From an uncultured Candidatus Peribacteria bacterium (GTDB taxonomy: Bacteria > Patescibacteriota > Gracilibacteria > Peribacterales > Peribacteraceae), in contig CAYXNG010000002.1 of assembly GCA_964466635.1 (NCBI GenBank), positions 1,832 through 65,831 on the forward strand: a DNA stretch of 64,000 nt, written 5' to 3'. The notes beneath the pieces were generated by a model. It made no database searches. It saw only the letters and a program-made list of their open reading frames with translations, and was not told the DNA's origin. Made by a program: the position numbers and the translations under genes. Shown here in pieces: positions 9,782-19,624 of this stretch. The stretch's first letter is position 1, and each line of letters starts with the position of its first letter.

Positions 9782-10552
9782 GTGCCGCCTATGTCTTCGG
9801 GATTTTCCATTGCCGGTCCGGATGAAGATGCCGGGGCGTATGCCCTGGATCAGTTGCATGACGGGAAAGGATTGAGCGGTTCGGGTAAGCGTGTTTCCGA
9901 TATGTGCAAAGTCCTGTCCGAGACCGATCGGTTGCGCGTGCTGTGTCTCCTGCATAGGCAGGAAGAGTGTGTCGAGGATATGTGCGAGAAAATGAACATC
10001 TCCCAGCCCGGACTGTCGCATCATCTCGCGCTCATGCGCACGGCGGGTATTCTGAAAAACGATCATCGTGGCAGGTATCAGTTCTATTCGATTGCAGAGA
10101 GCGGGAAGAGTGCGCTCAGAAACAGCGGAGAAGCGCTTCGCCGCATACGTTCTTTCGGCATACCGGAGGAGTATCCGCCTGCCGAAACACCCCTTTCCAT
10201 CGATCAATTACTGGATCAGGATTGTGCCGTTTCAGCTGTGGGTGTCGAGCTGGCCAAGCGGTTGAAAGTGATCGGCGAAGAGACGCGCATGATGATCCTT
10301 CTTCTGTTGAGCGGAGGGGAAATGAATGTCACGGATCTGTGCACCCGGCTCAAGGAAAGTCAGCCTGCCGTTTCTCATCACTTGAGCTTGATGAAAAAGG
10401 CGGCACTTGTGATCCCCAGAAGAGCCGGAAAGAAAAGCTATTACTCGATTCTCCCTGCGGGTGGTGACCGTATCCACCAAGCCGGGAACATTTTGCAGAA
10501 ATTCGCGGCGGATCCTCATCCTGACACCGGTTCTGCGACGTGTATGTCATAG
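9782..10552 (+). CDS. ArsR/SmtB-family transcriptional regulator with two tandem winged-HTH domains
   Basis: Two copies of the ArsR signature: DMCEKMNISQPGLSHHLALMRTAGIL and DLCTRLKESQPAVSHHLSLMKKAALV. Confidence 0.8.
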   Translation: MPPMSSGFSIAGPDEDAGAYALDQLHDGKGLSGSGKRVSDMCKVLSETDRLRVLCLLHRQEECVEDMCEKMNISQPGLSHHLALMRTAGILKNDHRGRYQFYSIAESGKSALRNSGEALRRIRSFGIPEEYPPAETPLSIDQLLDQDCAVSAVGVELAKRLKVIGEETRMMILLLLSGGEMNVTDLCTRLKESQPAVSHHLSLMKKAALVIPRRAGKKSYYSILPAGGDRIHQAGNILQKFAADPHPDTGSATCMS

Positions 10553-10647
10553 AAAAGACGTGAAGGAAATGCATTCGTATGGAGATGTAACTTCTATATG
10601 TCGGACAAATGATTGATTCCGCTTTCGTAATGCGTATCCTGCGAGTC

Positions 10648-11220
10648 ATGACAACGCCTCTTCGTATTGCGACTATTATCGGTTCCACCCGTCCCAACCG
10701 TTTCAGCGAACATCCGGGGCAGTGGATATTTTCGGAAGTGCAGAAACTCGATGGAGTGGAAGCGGAGTTTCTCGATTTGCGCGATCATCCGTTGCCGTTT
10801 TTTGATCAGCCTCAATCGCCATCGGGCGTTCATGATGGGAATTACGGCAATGACGCCGTCAATGCATGGGCCAAGAAGATTGCCGCCGCCGATGCGTTTG
10901 TCATCGTTTCACCGGAGTACAACCATGGCCCCTCGGGTGTGCTTAAGAATGCACTCGACAGCGTGTATGCGGAGTGGAACAACAAAGCGGTCGGATTCGT
11001 CAGTTACGGGAGTGTCGGCGGTGCCAGAGCAGTGGAGCAACTGCGTCTTGTCGCGATCGAGTTGCAGATGGCGCCGGTGCGAACAGCGGTGCACATTCCC
11101 GGTTCGATTGTCTGGGGAAGCGGATGGAACGACGAAGCCGCGCAGGCGATGAAGAAAAATGCGGATGCGATGCTGCACCAAGTCGTCACGTGGGGGAGAG
11201 CATTGAAAGGCGTCCGATAG
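10648..11220 (+). CDS. NAD(P)H-dependent FMN reductase family oxidoreductase
   Basis: LRIATIIGSTRPNRFS ... VIVSPEYNHGPSGVLKNALD motifs. I chose the internal ATG at 10648 (MTTPLRIA) over the ORF-track start at 10609. Confidence 0.8.
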   Translation: MTTPLRIATIIGSTRPNRFSEHPGQWIFSEVQKLDGVEAEFLDLRDHPLPFFDQPQSPSGVHDGNYGNDAVNAWAKKIAAADAFVIVSPEYNHGPSGVLKNALDSVYAEWNNKAVGFVSYGSVGGARAVEQLRLVAIELQMAPVRTAVHIPGSIVWGSGWNDEAAQAMKKNADAMLHQVVTWGRALKGVR

Positions 11221-11335
11221 GGCGCATAAGGGATTTTGTGCCTGGAATTCCTGTTTTAAGCCATAAAAAAGAACGCTGAAAAATTGGTCAGAGCTTCAAA
11301 ATGCTCTCGTCTTACAGGGGTATCTTTTACCCCTC

Positions 11336-12031
11336 TTGCCTATGCAGCGCCGCACTCAGTACACCATCGGCTACACATTGGCAGCGGCAGCGGCTCTTCT
11401 CCTTGCAGCCTTTGCCCTCGTCAATCAAGCGGATGCACGCTCATCGGGTCCGTCCGTCGGCCAGAGAGTCCGTGTCTGCGTTGAGGAACGCCGTGACAAC
11501 GGATACTTCGACCGCGATCTGAGTTGGAACGAACGCCAAGCCCTTCGTTGGGAATTCCGTCTCTGTATCCGTCATGCGATCTGGGGACACGGCGGACATT
11601 CGTCATCGAAGTCTTCATCCTCGAAGTCATCGAGCAAATCGTCGGTTTCGTCTCTTTCCAGTTCGCGTATCAGTAGCAGCAGTCTGAGTAGTTCTACCGG
11701 CTCCAGCATGAGCAGCAGCACACAATCCTCTGTCACCGGCAGTTCCCTCAGCAGTAGCAGTCGTTCCTCGGCAACCGTGACAGTGAACGTCAACATAGAG
11801 AACAGCGACTTTGCGCCGTCGACGATCTTTGTGAAAAAAGGGACGACGGTTCGATGGACCAACAATGATGATGTACCGCACACTGTTACCAGTATCAACG
11901 GTACCGTCCTCAGCAGCGGAACCATCAGTGCCGGCGGGACGTATGCCCATACCTTCAACAGTACCGGCATCTATTGGTATGACTGTGATTTCCATTCATC
12001 GATGAAAGGAGCAGTTGTTGTGACCAACTGA
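11336..12031 (+). CDS. Secreted cupredoxin (amicyanin/plastocyanin-like blue copper protein) with a poly-Ser linker
   Basis: Signal peptide, long S-rich linker, and C-terminal domain with type-1 Cu ligand pattern PHTV ... YDCDFHSSMKG (H, C-x2-H-x2-M). Confidence 0.75.
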   Translation: MPMQRRTQYTIGYTLAAAAALLLAAFALVNQADARSSGPSVGQRVRVCVEERRDNGYFDRDLSWNERQALRWEFRLCIRHAIWGHGGHSSSKSSSSKSSSKSSVSSLSSSRISSSSLSSSTGSSMSSSTQSSVTGSSLSSSSRSSATVTVNVNIENSDFAPSTIFVKKGTTVRWTNNDDVPHTVTSINGTVLSSGTISAGGTYAHTFNSTGIYWYDCDFHSSMKGAVVVTN

Positions 12032-12087
12032 TACTCTTTCATCACAACCGCCGTTCTGTCGCTGTGCAGGACGGCGGTTTTTTTAAA

Positions 12088-12579
12088 TTATTCCTCCATC
12101 ATCTCAGGATATTCCGCGGCGATTGCCGCCTCCAACTCTTCTGCGTATTGCGTTCCCAACGCTTCGCCGTTTGTTGCGTGCGTTTCGATCTCTGTCACTG
12201 TCCGGATGCTGGCTATGGCGGGATTCTGCGCGATCCTCAGCACGCCTTCGACTGCCATCCGCATTTCCTGAATCGATTCAATCAACAAAGGATGAATGTC
12301 GCTCAGGATTGCCGGAGCAACCATCGCCTCCGCATCCGCTTCCATCTCGATGAGTGACGTATGGACTGCATCAAGTTCCTGTTCTTCTGCGTCCGTCCAT
12401 GCGAAGGTGTCTCCTTGAACGTTCATCAGCGTTTCGAATTTCGTGCCCATTTCCATCATCGAGTCGCCGATCGCCTCTGCGTCGGTTAAATACTGCTCAA
12501 GAGCAACAACCTCCGGATCGGGTGTACAGGCGGAAAACGCTAAAACAGAGAGAGCAATCAGTGAAAGTCGGGTGTTCAT
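12088..12579 (-). CDS. Hypothetical lipoprotein
   Basis: The internal start MNTRLSLIALSVLAFSAC gives a signal peptide plus lipobox. The longer ORF-track start would overlap the upstream gene. Confidence 0.5.
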   Translation of the reverse strand: MNTRLSLIALSVLAFSACTPDPEVVALEQYLTDAEAIGDSMMEMGTKFETLMNVQGDTFAWTDAEEQELDAVHTSLIEMEADAEAMVAPAILSDIHPLLIESIQEMRMAVEGVLRIAQNPAIASIRTVTEIETHATNGEALGTQYAEELEAAIAAEYPEMMEE

Positions 12580-12622
12580 AGAAGGGGAGAGAAAATATCC
12601 CCGCCATTCTACAGTAACCGAT

Positions 12623-13525
12623 TTACCCGTCATATGCCTTTTGCAAGGCGGCAAGATCGAACTTTTTCATGTGCAGGAACGCTTCGGTGACGCGTGCGAC
12701 GCGCGATTCATCCGGGTCATTCATCATCTCATCCATCATCGTTGGATTCACCTGCCACGATACGCCGTACTTGTCCTTCAGCCAGCCGCACTGCTCAGCT
12801 TCCGGAACCGCTGATAGCTTTTCCCAGAAGTAATCGATCTCTTCCTGTGTGTCGCAATTCACCATCAGAGAAACAGCTTCGTTAAAGTCGAACTTGTGCA
12901 TGTGGCCGCTATCCATCGCTGTGAACCACTGATCCTCTAACATAAATTCAGCAAACATGATTTTTGCTGCTGCCTCCGGCGCTGTACCTGGGGGGTACTC
13001 GGCAGTGGTGCCACGTTTGGAATTTTTAAATACTGACACGTAGAAATCGATCGCTTCATTCGCCTTCCCGGTTTTATCGCCGGTGAACATCAACGAGGGG
13101 ATCACGGTTGGTCGCGGTTCTCCCGCTGGGTCGGTGAGAATCAGCTGCCACGACACGCCGTATCTATCCTGAATCCAGCCATAATGTTTGCTGAACGGAT
13201 ATTCGCCGAGTTCCATCAGTACCGTGCCTCCGTCGGATAATTTCTCCCACGCAGCATCCAGCTGTTCCTTGGCATCCGGTTCGCGGGAAGGATCGAAGTT
13301 GATCATGAAGGAGATCGACGGGTTAAGCTTGAAGTACGGCCCAGCGCTGATCGACATGAATTTCTGTCCGCGAACAGTGAACGACACCACATCGCAATCG
13401 CCGGACGGGGTGTTCTTCAGGACGTTTATGCGATCGACCGATGAATCCCGGAAAGCCGATGCATAGAGCCGTGCGGCTTCTGTTGCTTCTTTGTCGAACC
13501 AGAGGTGGGGGGTGATGGAAGGCAT
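12623..13525 (-). CDS. Two-domain VOC/PhnB-like protein (3-demethylubiquinone-9 3-methyltransferase domain family)
   Basis: N-terminus MPSITPHLWFDKEATEAARLYASAF is typical of this family. A second repeat has the YGVSWQ motif (seen twice). Confidence 0.8.
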   Translation of the reverse strand: MPSITPHLWFDKEATEAARLYASAFRDSSVDRINVLKNTPSGDCDVVSFTVRGQKFMSISAGPYFKLNPSISFMINFDPSREPDAKEQLDAAWEKLSDGGTVLMELGEYPFSKHYGWIQDRYGVSWQLILTDPAGEPRPTVIPSLMFTGDKTGKANEAIDFYVSVFKNSKRGTTAEYPPGTAPEAAAKIMFAEFMLEDQWFTAMDSGHMHKFDFNEAVSLMVNCDTQEEIDYFWEKLSAVPEAEQCGWLKDKYGVSWQVNPTMMDEMMNDPDESRVARVTEAFLHMKKFDLAALQKAYDG

Positions 13526-13642
13526 AAAGAAACACTAGCATTTCCTGTTACCTCTGACGATCAGATTCGTATCTTTTTGTACATGTCGTTGTGTGATATC
13601 CGTCTTACACGCATGATGTATCTATCCTTTTCTTCTTCACTT

Positions 13643-14140
13643 ATGAACACTCCACTCGCACTCGCATTCATCGCTCTCTGCATGGTTGCCTGTACGCCAC
13701 AGACTCCCGCGGTCGATCACACAGGATCATCGTCATCATCAAGCTCAATCACATCGGTGTCCGATTCGTATGTCGGCTTATCGGAGGCTGACGCAGAAGC
13801 GAAAGCTGCTGCCGACGGTGTCCCGTTCCGTGTGGTGATGCGCGATGGTGAACCACAGATGGTCACCATGGACTATCGGCCCGGCCGCATCAATGCGACG
13901 GTGGAAAACGATATCGTCATATCCTATGAAGTGGAGGGATCAGAGACGTCTCAGCCCTCTTCATCTGCATCTGCCGAGTATGATCAGAACAGCTGGCGGA
14001 CGATGATCCCCCAGTTTTGCATGTCCTTCTACGATGGCTGTAACACCTGTCACAGGCTCATCGACAGCGATGATGCCGCCTGCACGAAAAAATTCTGCCA
14101 GCAGTACGAGCAGCCGAGATGTTTGGATGGGCAGAATTAA
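13643..14140 (+). CDS. Lipoprotein with a peptidase-inhibitor I78-like domain
   Basis: Start at MNTPLALAFIALCMVAC (lipobox). GLSEADAEAKAAADGVPFRVVMRDGEPQMVTMDYRPGRINATVEND resembles the I78 family signature. Confidence 0.55.
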   Translation: MNTPLALAFIALCMVACTPQTPAVDHTGSSSSSSSITSVSDSYVGLSEADAEAKAAADGVPFRVVMRDGEPQMVTMDYRPGRINATVENDIVISYEVEGSETSQPSSSASAEYDQNSWRTMIPQFCMSFYDGCNTCHRLIDSDDAACTKKFCQQYEQPRCLDGQN

Positions 14141-14167
14141 TACAAGATGGTTGTATACTGATCTCGT

Positions 14168-14608
14168 ATGAACATGTTCAAGCCGACTAAGGCGACGACC
14201 GTCACAGAGTACATTGCGTCCGTTCCCGCCGATCGTCGAGCAACGATCGAGGAGCTCCATGCACTGATTCAAAAGACCGTCCCAAAGCTTAAGCCTTACT
14301 TTTCCTACAACATGCTCGGTTACGGCACGTTTCCGTACAAGAATTATAAGAAGGAAGATATCGAATGGCCGATCATCGCCCTCGCCAACCAGAAACAGTA
14401 CATCAGCCTGTACGTCTGTGCGGTTCATGATGGGAAATACATAGCCGAAATGTATGCGGAAGAACTCGGAAAAGTCAGCGTCGGAAAGAGCTGCATCCGG
14501 TTTAAAAAGCTGGACGATGTGAACCTCGATGCATTGAAAAAAGTGCTGAAACTTGCGGAGAAGCATCCCGGTCTGGACGGAGTCGGTGCATCGAAGAAGA
14601 ATTCTTGA
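14168..14608 (+). CDS. DUF1801 (YdhG-like) domain protein
   Basis: TVTEYIASVPADRRATIEELHALIQKTVPKLKPYFSYNMLGYG pattern. Confidence 0.7.
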   Translation: MNMFKPTKATTVTEYIASVPADRRATIEELHALIQKTVPKLKPYFSYNMLGYGTFPYKNYKKEDIEWPIIALANQKQYISLYVCAVHDGKYIAEMYAEELGKVSVGKSCIRFKKLDDVNLDALKKVLKLAEKHPGLDGVGASKKNS

Positions 14609-15585
14609 CATCGTGTCTCTACGGACTATCCTTTGCGCCAATGACCGAGATGATGCACGAGGCTTTCCTTGCATCCCGGACTGAGACACAGTCCCGAACC
14701 GATACCGACCCCCCGAAACGGATTCAGCACGCATTGCGGGTTTACCGTGCGTGGATTGCCGGCGCGTTGTTGAGTGTACTTCCGACAACTCTTGCGGCAG
14801 GGGAGCCGACGCCGGTGCAGCCGGTTACCGAGGCAGTGAAAGGATCGCTCGTGATTGCAGGCGGTGGGGTATTGCCATCTATCATCCGAGAGCGGTTTGT
14901 GGAGCTTGCAGGCGGGAAAGAAGCAAAAATCGTCGTCATTCCAACTGCCAGTGCAGACGCCGATATTGCGGAAAAACAACAGCTGTTTCTGTGGGATGGA
15001 CTTCGGCAGAGCGTGAAATCGGCGCAGCTGTTTCACACGCGTGATCGCGCTGTGGCGGATGACGAAGACTCAACGCAGATATTGGATGATGCGACGGGTA
15101 TATGGATAGGCGGCGGGGTGCAAAAGAATGTTGTGGATGCGTATAAGAACACAAAAGTTGTTCGGAAAATATGGCAAGTGTTAGATAAAGGAGGCGTCGT
15201 TGGCGGAACGTCGGCAGGTGCCGCGGTGATGAGTCGGGATATGATTCAGCGGAGCATAAAAAATCCGTTGGATGGGAGTGTGGAGCCGGAAATGGGTGAA
15301 GGATTTGGATTTCTTCCCGGCTCCATTGTTGATCAGCATTTCATCAGTCGTAACCGTCTTGATCGCCTGCAGAAAGCGATGCACTCTCGACCGGGACTGG
15401 TTGGAATCGGTGTTGATGAAGGCACTGCGCTGGAAGTGAAGAGAAGTGGAAAAGTGAGAGTGATTGGGAATTCGACGGTGTCGATCTTCACGACAGGGGA
15501 GCCGGTTATTCTTGGGCATGGTGAGGAGGCCGAACTGTCATCATTCGGCATGCCGACGGTCGAAGTGTCGAATAATATGCCCTAG
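14605..15585 (+). CDS. Peptidase S51 / cyanophycinase-like protein with an N-terminal signal anchor
   Basis: LVIAGGG ... KIVVIPTAS ... GGTSAGAAVMS (Ser nucleophile) ... VDQHFISRNRLDRL. Overlaps the previous gene by 4 nt. Exact start uncertain. Confidence 0.75.
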   Translation: MTSCLYGLSFAPMTEMMHEAFLASRTETQSRTDTDPPKRIQHALRVYRAWIAGALLSVLPTTLAAGEPTPVQPVTEAVKGSLVIAGGGVLPSIIRERFVELAGGKEAKIVVIPTASADADIAEKQQLFLWDGLRQSVKSAQLFHTRDRAVADDEDSTQILDDATGIWIGGGVQKNVVDAYKNTKVVRKIWQVLDKGGVVGGTSAGAAVMSRDMIQRSIKNPLDGSVEPEMGEGFGFLPGSIVDQHFISRNRLDRLQKAMHSRPGLVGIGVDEGTALEVKRSGKVRVIGNSTVSIFTTGEPVILGHGEEAELSSFGMPTVEVSNNMP

Positions 15586-15598
15586 TGACTTTTTAGTG

Positions 15599-17785
15599 TC
15601 ATTTCACGGATAGAGCATTCACGATCATCTTTGCAGCTTCCGCGCGATTGATTGGATCTTCGGGTCTGAATCGGTTTGTCCCATCATCACCCGATATAAT
15701 GCCGAGCGCTGTCGCTGCCGCAATCGCGTCTGCAAAAGGTGAGAGCGGTGACACATCGTCATATGTGATGTCATAACCATCCGTCGGAATCCGGAGTGCT
15801 TCCATCAATGACTGTATTACTGCTCCGCGAGAAGCGGCTGATTGAGGATTGATTCTGCGGTTGAAGACAGACAGCGACATGGCATTTGCCGCATCCAAAT
15901 AAGCGTCAGCCCAGCGCTCCCCGGTCGTCATACCAATCACCGATTGCCCAACAATTACCGTGCACACTTTTGCTAATTGGCCGAGCGTGATGGGGTCAGC
16001 AGGGCCGTACAATCCCAGAGGATTGCCATTCATGTCTTTGTACCCTTCAAAAATCTTTAATTCGGCCAATCTTCGAACATGCTGACCGAACCAGTCGTCG
16101 GTCCACACATCCCGGAAGACGATCACGCGGCTGTCGTCGCCTGTGACGGATACATTCGAATTCGGTGCATCACTGACAACGCCGTTCGTTTCATACACAT
16201 CTTCCACGCCTGCGGCCGTTGCATCATCCGGCGTGTGCGCACTTGTCCTGCGTACCGGTGCGTCGCCGCCGCGCCCCGGCGATCCTCTTCGTCCGCCTCC
16301 TCCCCCTTGCGCAGCTGACGAAGATGACGAAGACGAGGAAGATGACGAGGCAGCAGCTGCGGTCGTGAAGTTCCATGTGGTCGACGCCGTGATTGCCGCC
16401 GTGTGATTCCCCGATGCGTCTTTGAACGCATTGGCCGACCATACGACATAGTACGATGTACCCGCGCTGAGCGTCGTCGACGGGTTCAATGTCAGCTGGG
16501 TCGAACCGTTCCCGGAAAGCAGCGCACCCGAAACGGTGATCGTTTCAACCGTCGAGTCATCGGATGATAATTTGATCGTCAATGTTCCCGTTCCGGCGCG
16601 GGTCGTCTCATCGAATGTCAGTACAAGATCGGCAGCAGTACTTACGTCGGTTGCATCATCGGCAGGGGAACGAGCCGATACGCTCGGTCCCGAGAAGTCG
16701 CCGGTGGTGAAATTCCACGATCCTGTTCCCGTCAGACCGGCAAAGTAAGCACCGGAAGCAGTTTTGAATGCGTTAGGCTGTACGATGACATAGTACGACG
16801 TGCTGTCCGACAACGTGGTCACAGGGTTGATGGTGATGGTCGATGAACCGGTGCCGCTGATGCGCGAACCCGAAGCGGCGATGGTTTCCACGGTGGAGTC
16901 ATCCGACGATTTCTTAATGACGATGCTGCCAGTTCCGGCAATCACCGCACGGTTAAAACGCATGACCAGATTGGCCGATCCGTTGATATTCGTCGCGTTG
17001 TCGGCCGGTACCAGCGCTCCGGACAGTGTCGGGGCGGGGGCGGCATCGGGATCATCGGAGCCGGCGACGATGTTGTTGATCTGGCTTTCCGTAAGCGCGT
17101 AATCGTAAATGCGCACATCATCGATGCGGCCGTTTATTCCCTCGTCTCCGGTGTGACGGACGCCGATATACATTGTTCCGTTGATATCACGCCCTGCAGA
17201 CGATCCGGAGAATTTTTCGACACCTGAAACGAACAGTTTCACGTTCGTGCCGTCGTATGTAAATGTAATATTATGCCAAGTACCGACACTGAGGTTATAT
17301 CCCGTATCCCGCCAGCTACCGTCATAAAATGCAAGTCTGTGAACAGCAACGTCGCCGTACGTTCCGGCAATTTCAAACGCATCACCACTCCAGCTCATTA
17401 TGCGGTCAAAATTCCCTGAAGCGATTTCTCCATCTCCGGTCGGCTTGTACCAGAATGAAAATGATCGTTCCTCCGTTCCACTAAAGTTCAGCGATGAGGG
17501 CCATGCAAACTGAACACCGTCTCCAGTGCTGGTGAAATTCAAAGAGTACGGGTTCGTGAAAGAAACCGACGGCACATCGGTCGACCACGTGGGGTTCGGT
17601 GTCATGAATGTCCCTGTCGCAGTACGCGGATTGCTGTAGACGGATGTGCCAGTTCCCTCGTCAAAACGCCAGTGTGCAATGGGCGCTGTTGCAGCGTATG
17701 CCTTGAAAGAACACAGAAACGACAGGAAAACACCTGCTCCAGCAAGCAGTATCCTGTGTTGTCCATGCTGCAGGGGATGAAGCAT
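15599..17785 (-). CDS. S-layer-type surface protein: signal peptide, LamG/concanavalin-like domain, two Ig-like repeats, poly-Ser/Gly linker, C-terminal SLH-like anchor
   Basis: Start moved to MLHPLQHGQHRILLAGAGVFLSF (ATG at 17785). LamG-like DDVRIYDYALT. Repeated SSDDSTVETI.(A/V)SG Ig-like units. C-terminal FRDVWTDDWFGQHVRRLAELKIFEGY and GTNRFRPEDPINRAEAAKM motifs. Confidence 0.7.
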   Translation of the reverse strand: MLHPLQHGQHRILLAGAGVFLSFLCSFKAYAATAPIAHWRFDEGTGTSVYSNPRTATGTFMTPNPTWSTDVPSVSFTNPYSLNFTSTGDGVQFAWPSSLNFSGTEERSFSFWYKPTGDGEIASGNFDRIMSWSGDAFEIAGTYGDVAVHRLAFYDGSWRDTGYNLSVGTWHNITFTYDGTNVKLFVSGVEKFSGSSAGRDINGTMYIGVRHTGDEGINGRIDDVRIYDYALTESQINNIVAGSDDPDAAPAPTLSGALVPADNATNINGSANLVMRFNRAVIAGTGSIVIKKSSDDSTVETIAASGSRISGTGSSTITINPVTTLSDSTSYYVIVQPNAFKTASGAYFAGLTGTGSWNFTTGDFSGPSVSARSPADDATDVSTAADLVLTFDETTRAGTGTLTIKLSSDDSTVETITVSGALLSGNGSTQLTLNPSTTLSAGTSYYVVWSANAFKDASGNHTAAITASTTWNFTTAAAASSSSSSSSSSSAAQGGGGGRRGSPGRGGDAPVRRTSAHTPDDATAAGVEDVYETNGVVSDAPNSNVSVTGDDSRVIVFRDVWTDDWFGQHVRRLAELKIFEGYKDMNGNPLGLYGPADPITLGQLAKVCTVIVGQSVIGMTTGERWADAYLDAANAMSLSVFNRRINPQSAASRGAVIQSLMEALRIPTDGYDITYDDVSPLSPFADAIAAATALGIISGDDGTNRFRPEDPINRAEAAKMIVNALSVK

Positions 17786-17938
17786 GGCTGCGATTGTATC
17801 AAATGAACCCGATGGGTGAAATTGCACAATAATGCAGGTATTTTCCGGTCGCTTGTATATGCACTCGCACAGATGTTCGTTGTAAAAATATGAAGAACTT
17901 GCTGAGACGAATGGGATGTTTTTGCATATACTGACCAT

Positions 17939-18334
17939 ATGAAAAAACTCTTCGCCCCCATCCTGCTCGCATTGGTTCTTCTCGTTGCTGGCTTCTACGG
18001 ACTCAATGCCTATATCTACCAGGAGAAACAAGGTGATCCGTCGGAGATCGAACGCTATCGCGGGACGCTGAGTGGGGAGGTGGTTTGCTTGCCGCATACG
18101 AATACCAGCGGTCCGACAACGCTCGAATGTGCAATCGGGCTCCGCACCGATACCGGCGAGCACTACGCACTTGATCTTGCGCTGATGTCGCAGCAGGCGG
18201 ATCCGCCGGAGACAGGCGAGCGCATCAGCGCCAACGGTATGATTACGCCGATTGAACTGCTCAGTACCGATTACTGGCGGCAGAACGATATCGACGGCAT
18301 TTTCTCGGTGACGGATTCACTGGAGGGACCCTGA
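17939..18334 (+). CDS. Small exported/membrane-anchored hypothetical protein
   Basis: 131-aa ORF with N-terminal hydrophobic segment MKKLFAPILLALVLLVAGFYGL. Confidence 0.5.
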   Translation: MKKLFAPILLALVLLVAGFYGLNAYIYQEKQGDPSEIERYRGTLSGEVVCLPHTNTSGPTTLECAIGLRTDTGEHYALDLALMSQQADPPETGERISANGMITPIELLSTDYWRQNDIDGIFSVTDSLEGP

Positions 18335-18421
18335 TCGTATCGCATTTAGATCAATTTTTGTGTTCGTATTAAATTAATAATCAATATAAATTTATTGTAA
18401 TTCGATAAAACCTGTGCTTAC

Positions 18422-18934
18422 ATGTGCGCATCTTCATTTTCTCCTATGAAACGCGTATCCACCCTCTTTCTGAAAGCAGTCTTGATTCTCATTGCGGGGA
18501 CAGTCACCGTCTTCTGCGTCTTTTTCTTTCCGGACGCATGGCAAGGCGTTCCTGCGGAATGGCCTGCCATCACCGAAACGAACATGGTCTATCCAGGATT
18601 GATCGGTATCTATCTGACCATTGTTCCGTTCCTCTACGCGTTGCTCCAGGCATTCAAGCTCCTGCTGTACATCGATAAGAACCAAGCCTTTTCGGAGTTA
18701 TCGATCCACGCTCTTCGATCGATCAAATTCGCAGCGGTGACCATGACCGTGTTGTATGCGAGTGCGATGCCGCTGATGTTCCTGATTGCCGAAGTGGATG
18801 ATGCGCCGGGTCTCATTCTCATCTACGGCGCGTTCACATGTGCGCCGCTGGTCGTCGCGACGTTCGCCGCTGTGTTACAGAAGCTGGTACAGAACGCAAT
18901 CGATCTGAAAGCCGAAAACGATCTCACTATTTAA
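18422..18934 (+). CDS. DUF2975-like polytopic membrane protein
   Basis: Four predicted TM segments. Lies immediately upstream of a YozG-type XRE regulator, the usual partner of DUF2975. The real start may be MKRVSTLF at 18446. Confidence 0.6.
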   Translation: MCASSFSPMKRVSTLFLKAVLILIAGTVTVFCVFFFPDAWQGVPAEWPAITETNMVYPGLIGIYLTIVPFLYALLQAFKLLLYIDKNQAFSELSIHALRSIKFAAVTMTVLYASAMPLMFLIAEVDDAPGLILIYGAFTCAPLVVATFAAVLQKLVQNAIDLKAENDLTI

Positions 18935-18943
18935 CGTTCATCT

Positions 18944-19159
18944 ATGTCCATTCGTATCAATCTCGATGTCATGCTGGCCAAGCGGAAAATGAGTGTCACC
19001 GAACTCTCGGAGAAAGTCGGTATCACGATGGCGAATATTTCGATCCTGAAAAACGGCAAAGCAAAAGCCGTTCGTCTCTCGACGCTCGAAGCTATTTGCG
19101 CAACATTGGACTGTCAGCCTGGAGATATTCTGGAATATGTCACAGCCAAGAAAAAATAA
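18944..19159 (+). CDS. XRE-family HTH transcriptional regulator (YozG-like)
   Basis: MSIRINLDVMLAKRKMSVTELSEKVGITMANISILKNGKAKAVRLSTLEAICATLDCQPGDILEY. Confidence 0.9.
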   Translation: MSIRINLDVMLAKRKMSVTELSEKVGITMANISILKNGKAKAVRLSTLEAICATLDCQPGDILEYVTAKKK

Positions 19160-19184
19160 TCCCACTCTCTTTTCTTTTCCTCCT

Positions 19185-19616
19185 ATGAATAGCATTTCCA
19201 TCATCGCCATCAGAGCACTTATTGTGCTGACTGCTGTTACGGTTCTTGCATTCCTGATTGTCGAGCCACAGTTTGAAGGAAGGAACATTGGTGCGACGCT
19301 CTTCGAAATCTATTTCACCGATCCGTTCCTGGCGTATGCCTACCTCGCGTCTATTCCGTTTTTCGTCGCGCTGTATCAGCTCTATACACTCGTGAAATTC
19401 CCTAATCAAAAGTCACTACGGATCATCAGAAACTGCGCGCTGATCACGATTCCGTTCATCATTATCGGAGTGGCCTGGATTCTTCAGGTTGAAAGCGATG
19501 ACAGGCCGCCGATTATTGCGCTGGGAACTGTCACGACACTTCTTTTCATAGCAGCAGCCGTTACAGCCGCTGTCTTTGAGAAGAAGGTGCAAAAACAGTC
19601 TTATACATCCCTGTAG
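19185..19616 (+). CDS. Second DUF2975-like membrane protein
   Basis: Start at MNSISIIAIRALIVL (ATG 19185). Four hydrophobic segments with topology similar to 18422-18934. Confidence 0.55.
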   Translation: MNSISIIAIRALIVLTAVTVLAFLIVEPQFEGRNIGATLFEIYFTDPFLAYAYLASIPFFVALYQLYTLVKFPNQKSLRIIRNCALITIPFIIIGVAWILQVESDDRPPIIALGTVTTLLFIAAAVTAAVFEKKVQKQSYTSL

Positions 19617-19624
19617 GACCCCGT

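Noticed and set aside
9710-10207. 165-aa minus-strand ORF
   Set aside because: Antisense to the tandem ArsR regulator, which has two clear HTH signatures.
13961-14788. 275-aa minus-strand ORF
   Set aside because: It lies antisense across three well-supported plus-strand genes (I78-like, DUF1801, S51) and has shadow-ORF composition.
17786-18163. N-terminal 126-aa extension of the 854-aa ORF
   Set aside because: The extension has no signal peptide and overlaps the divergent gene at 17939-18334. The internal Met at 17785 gives a proper signal sequence.
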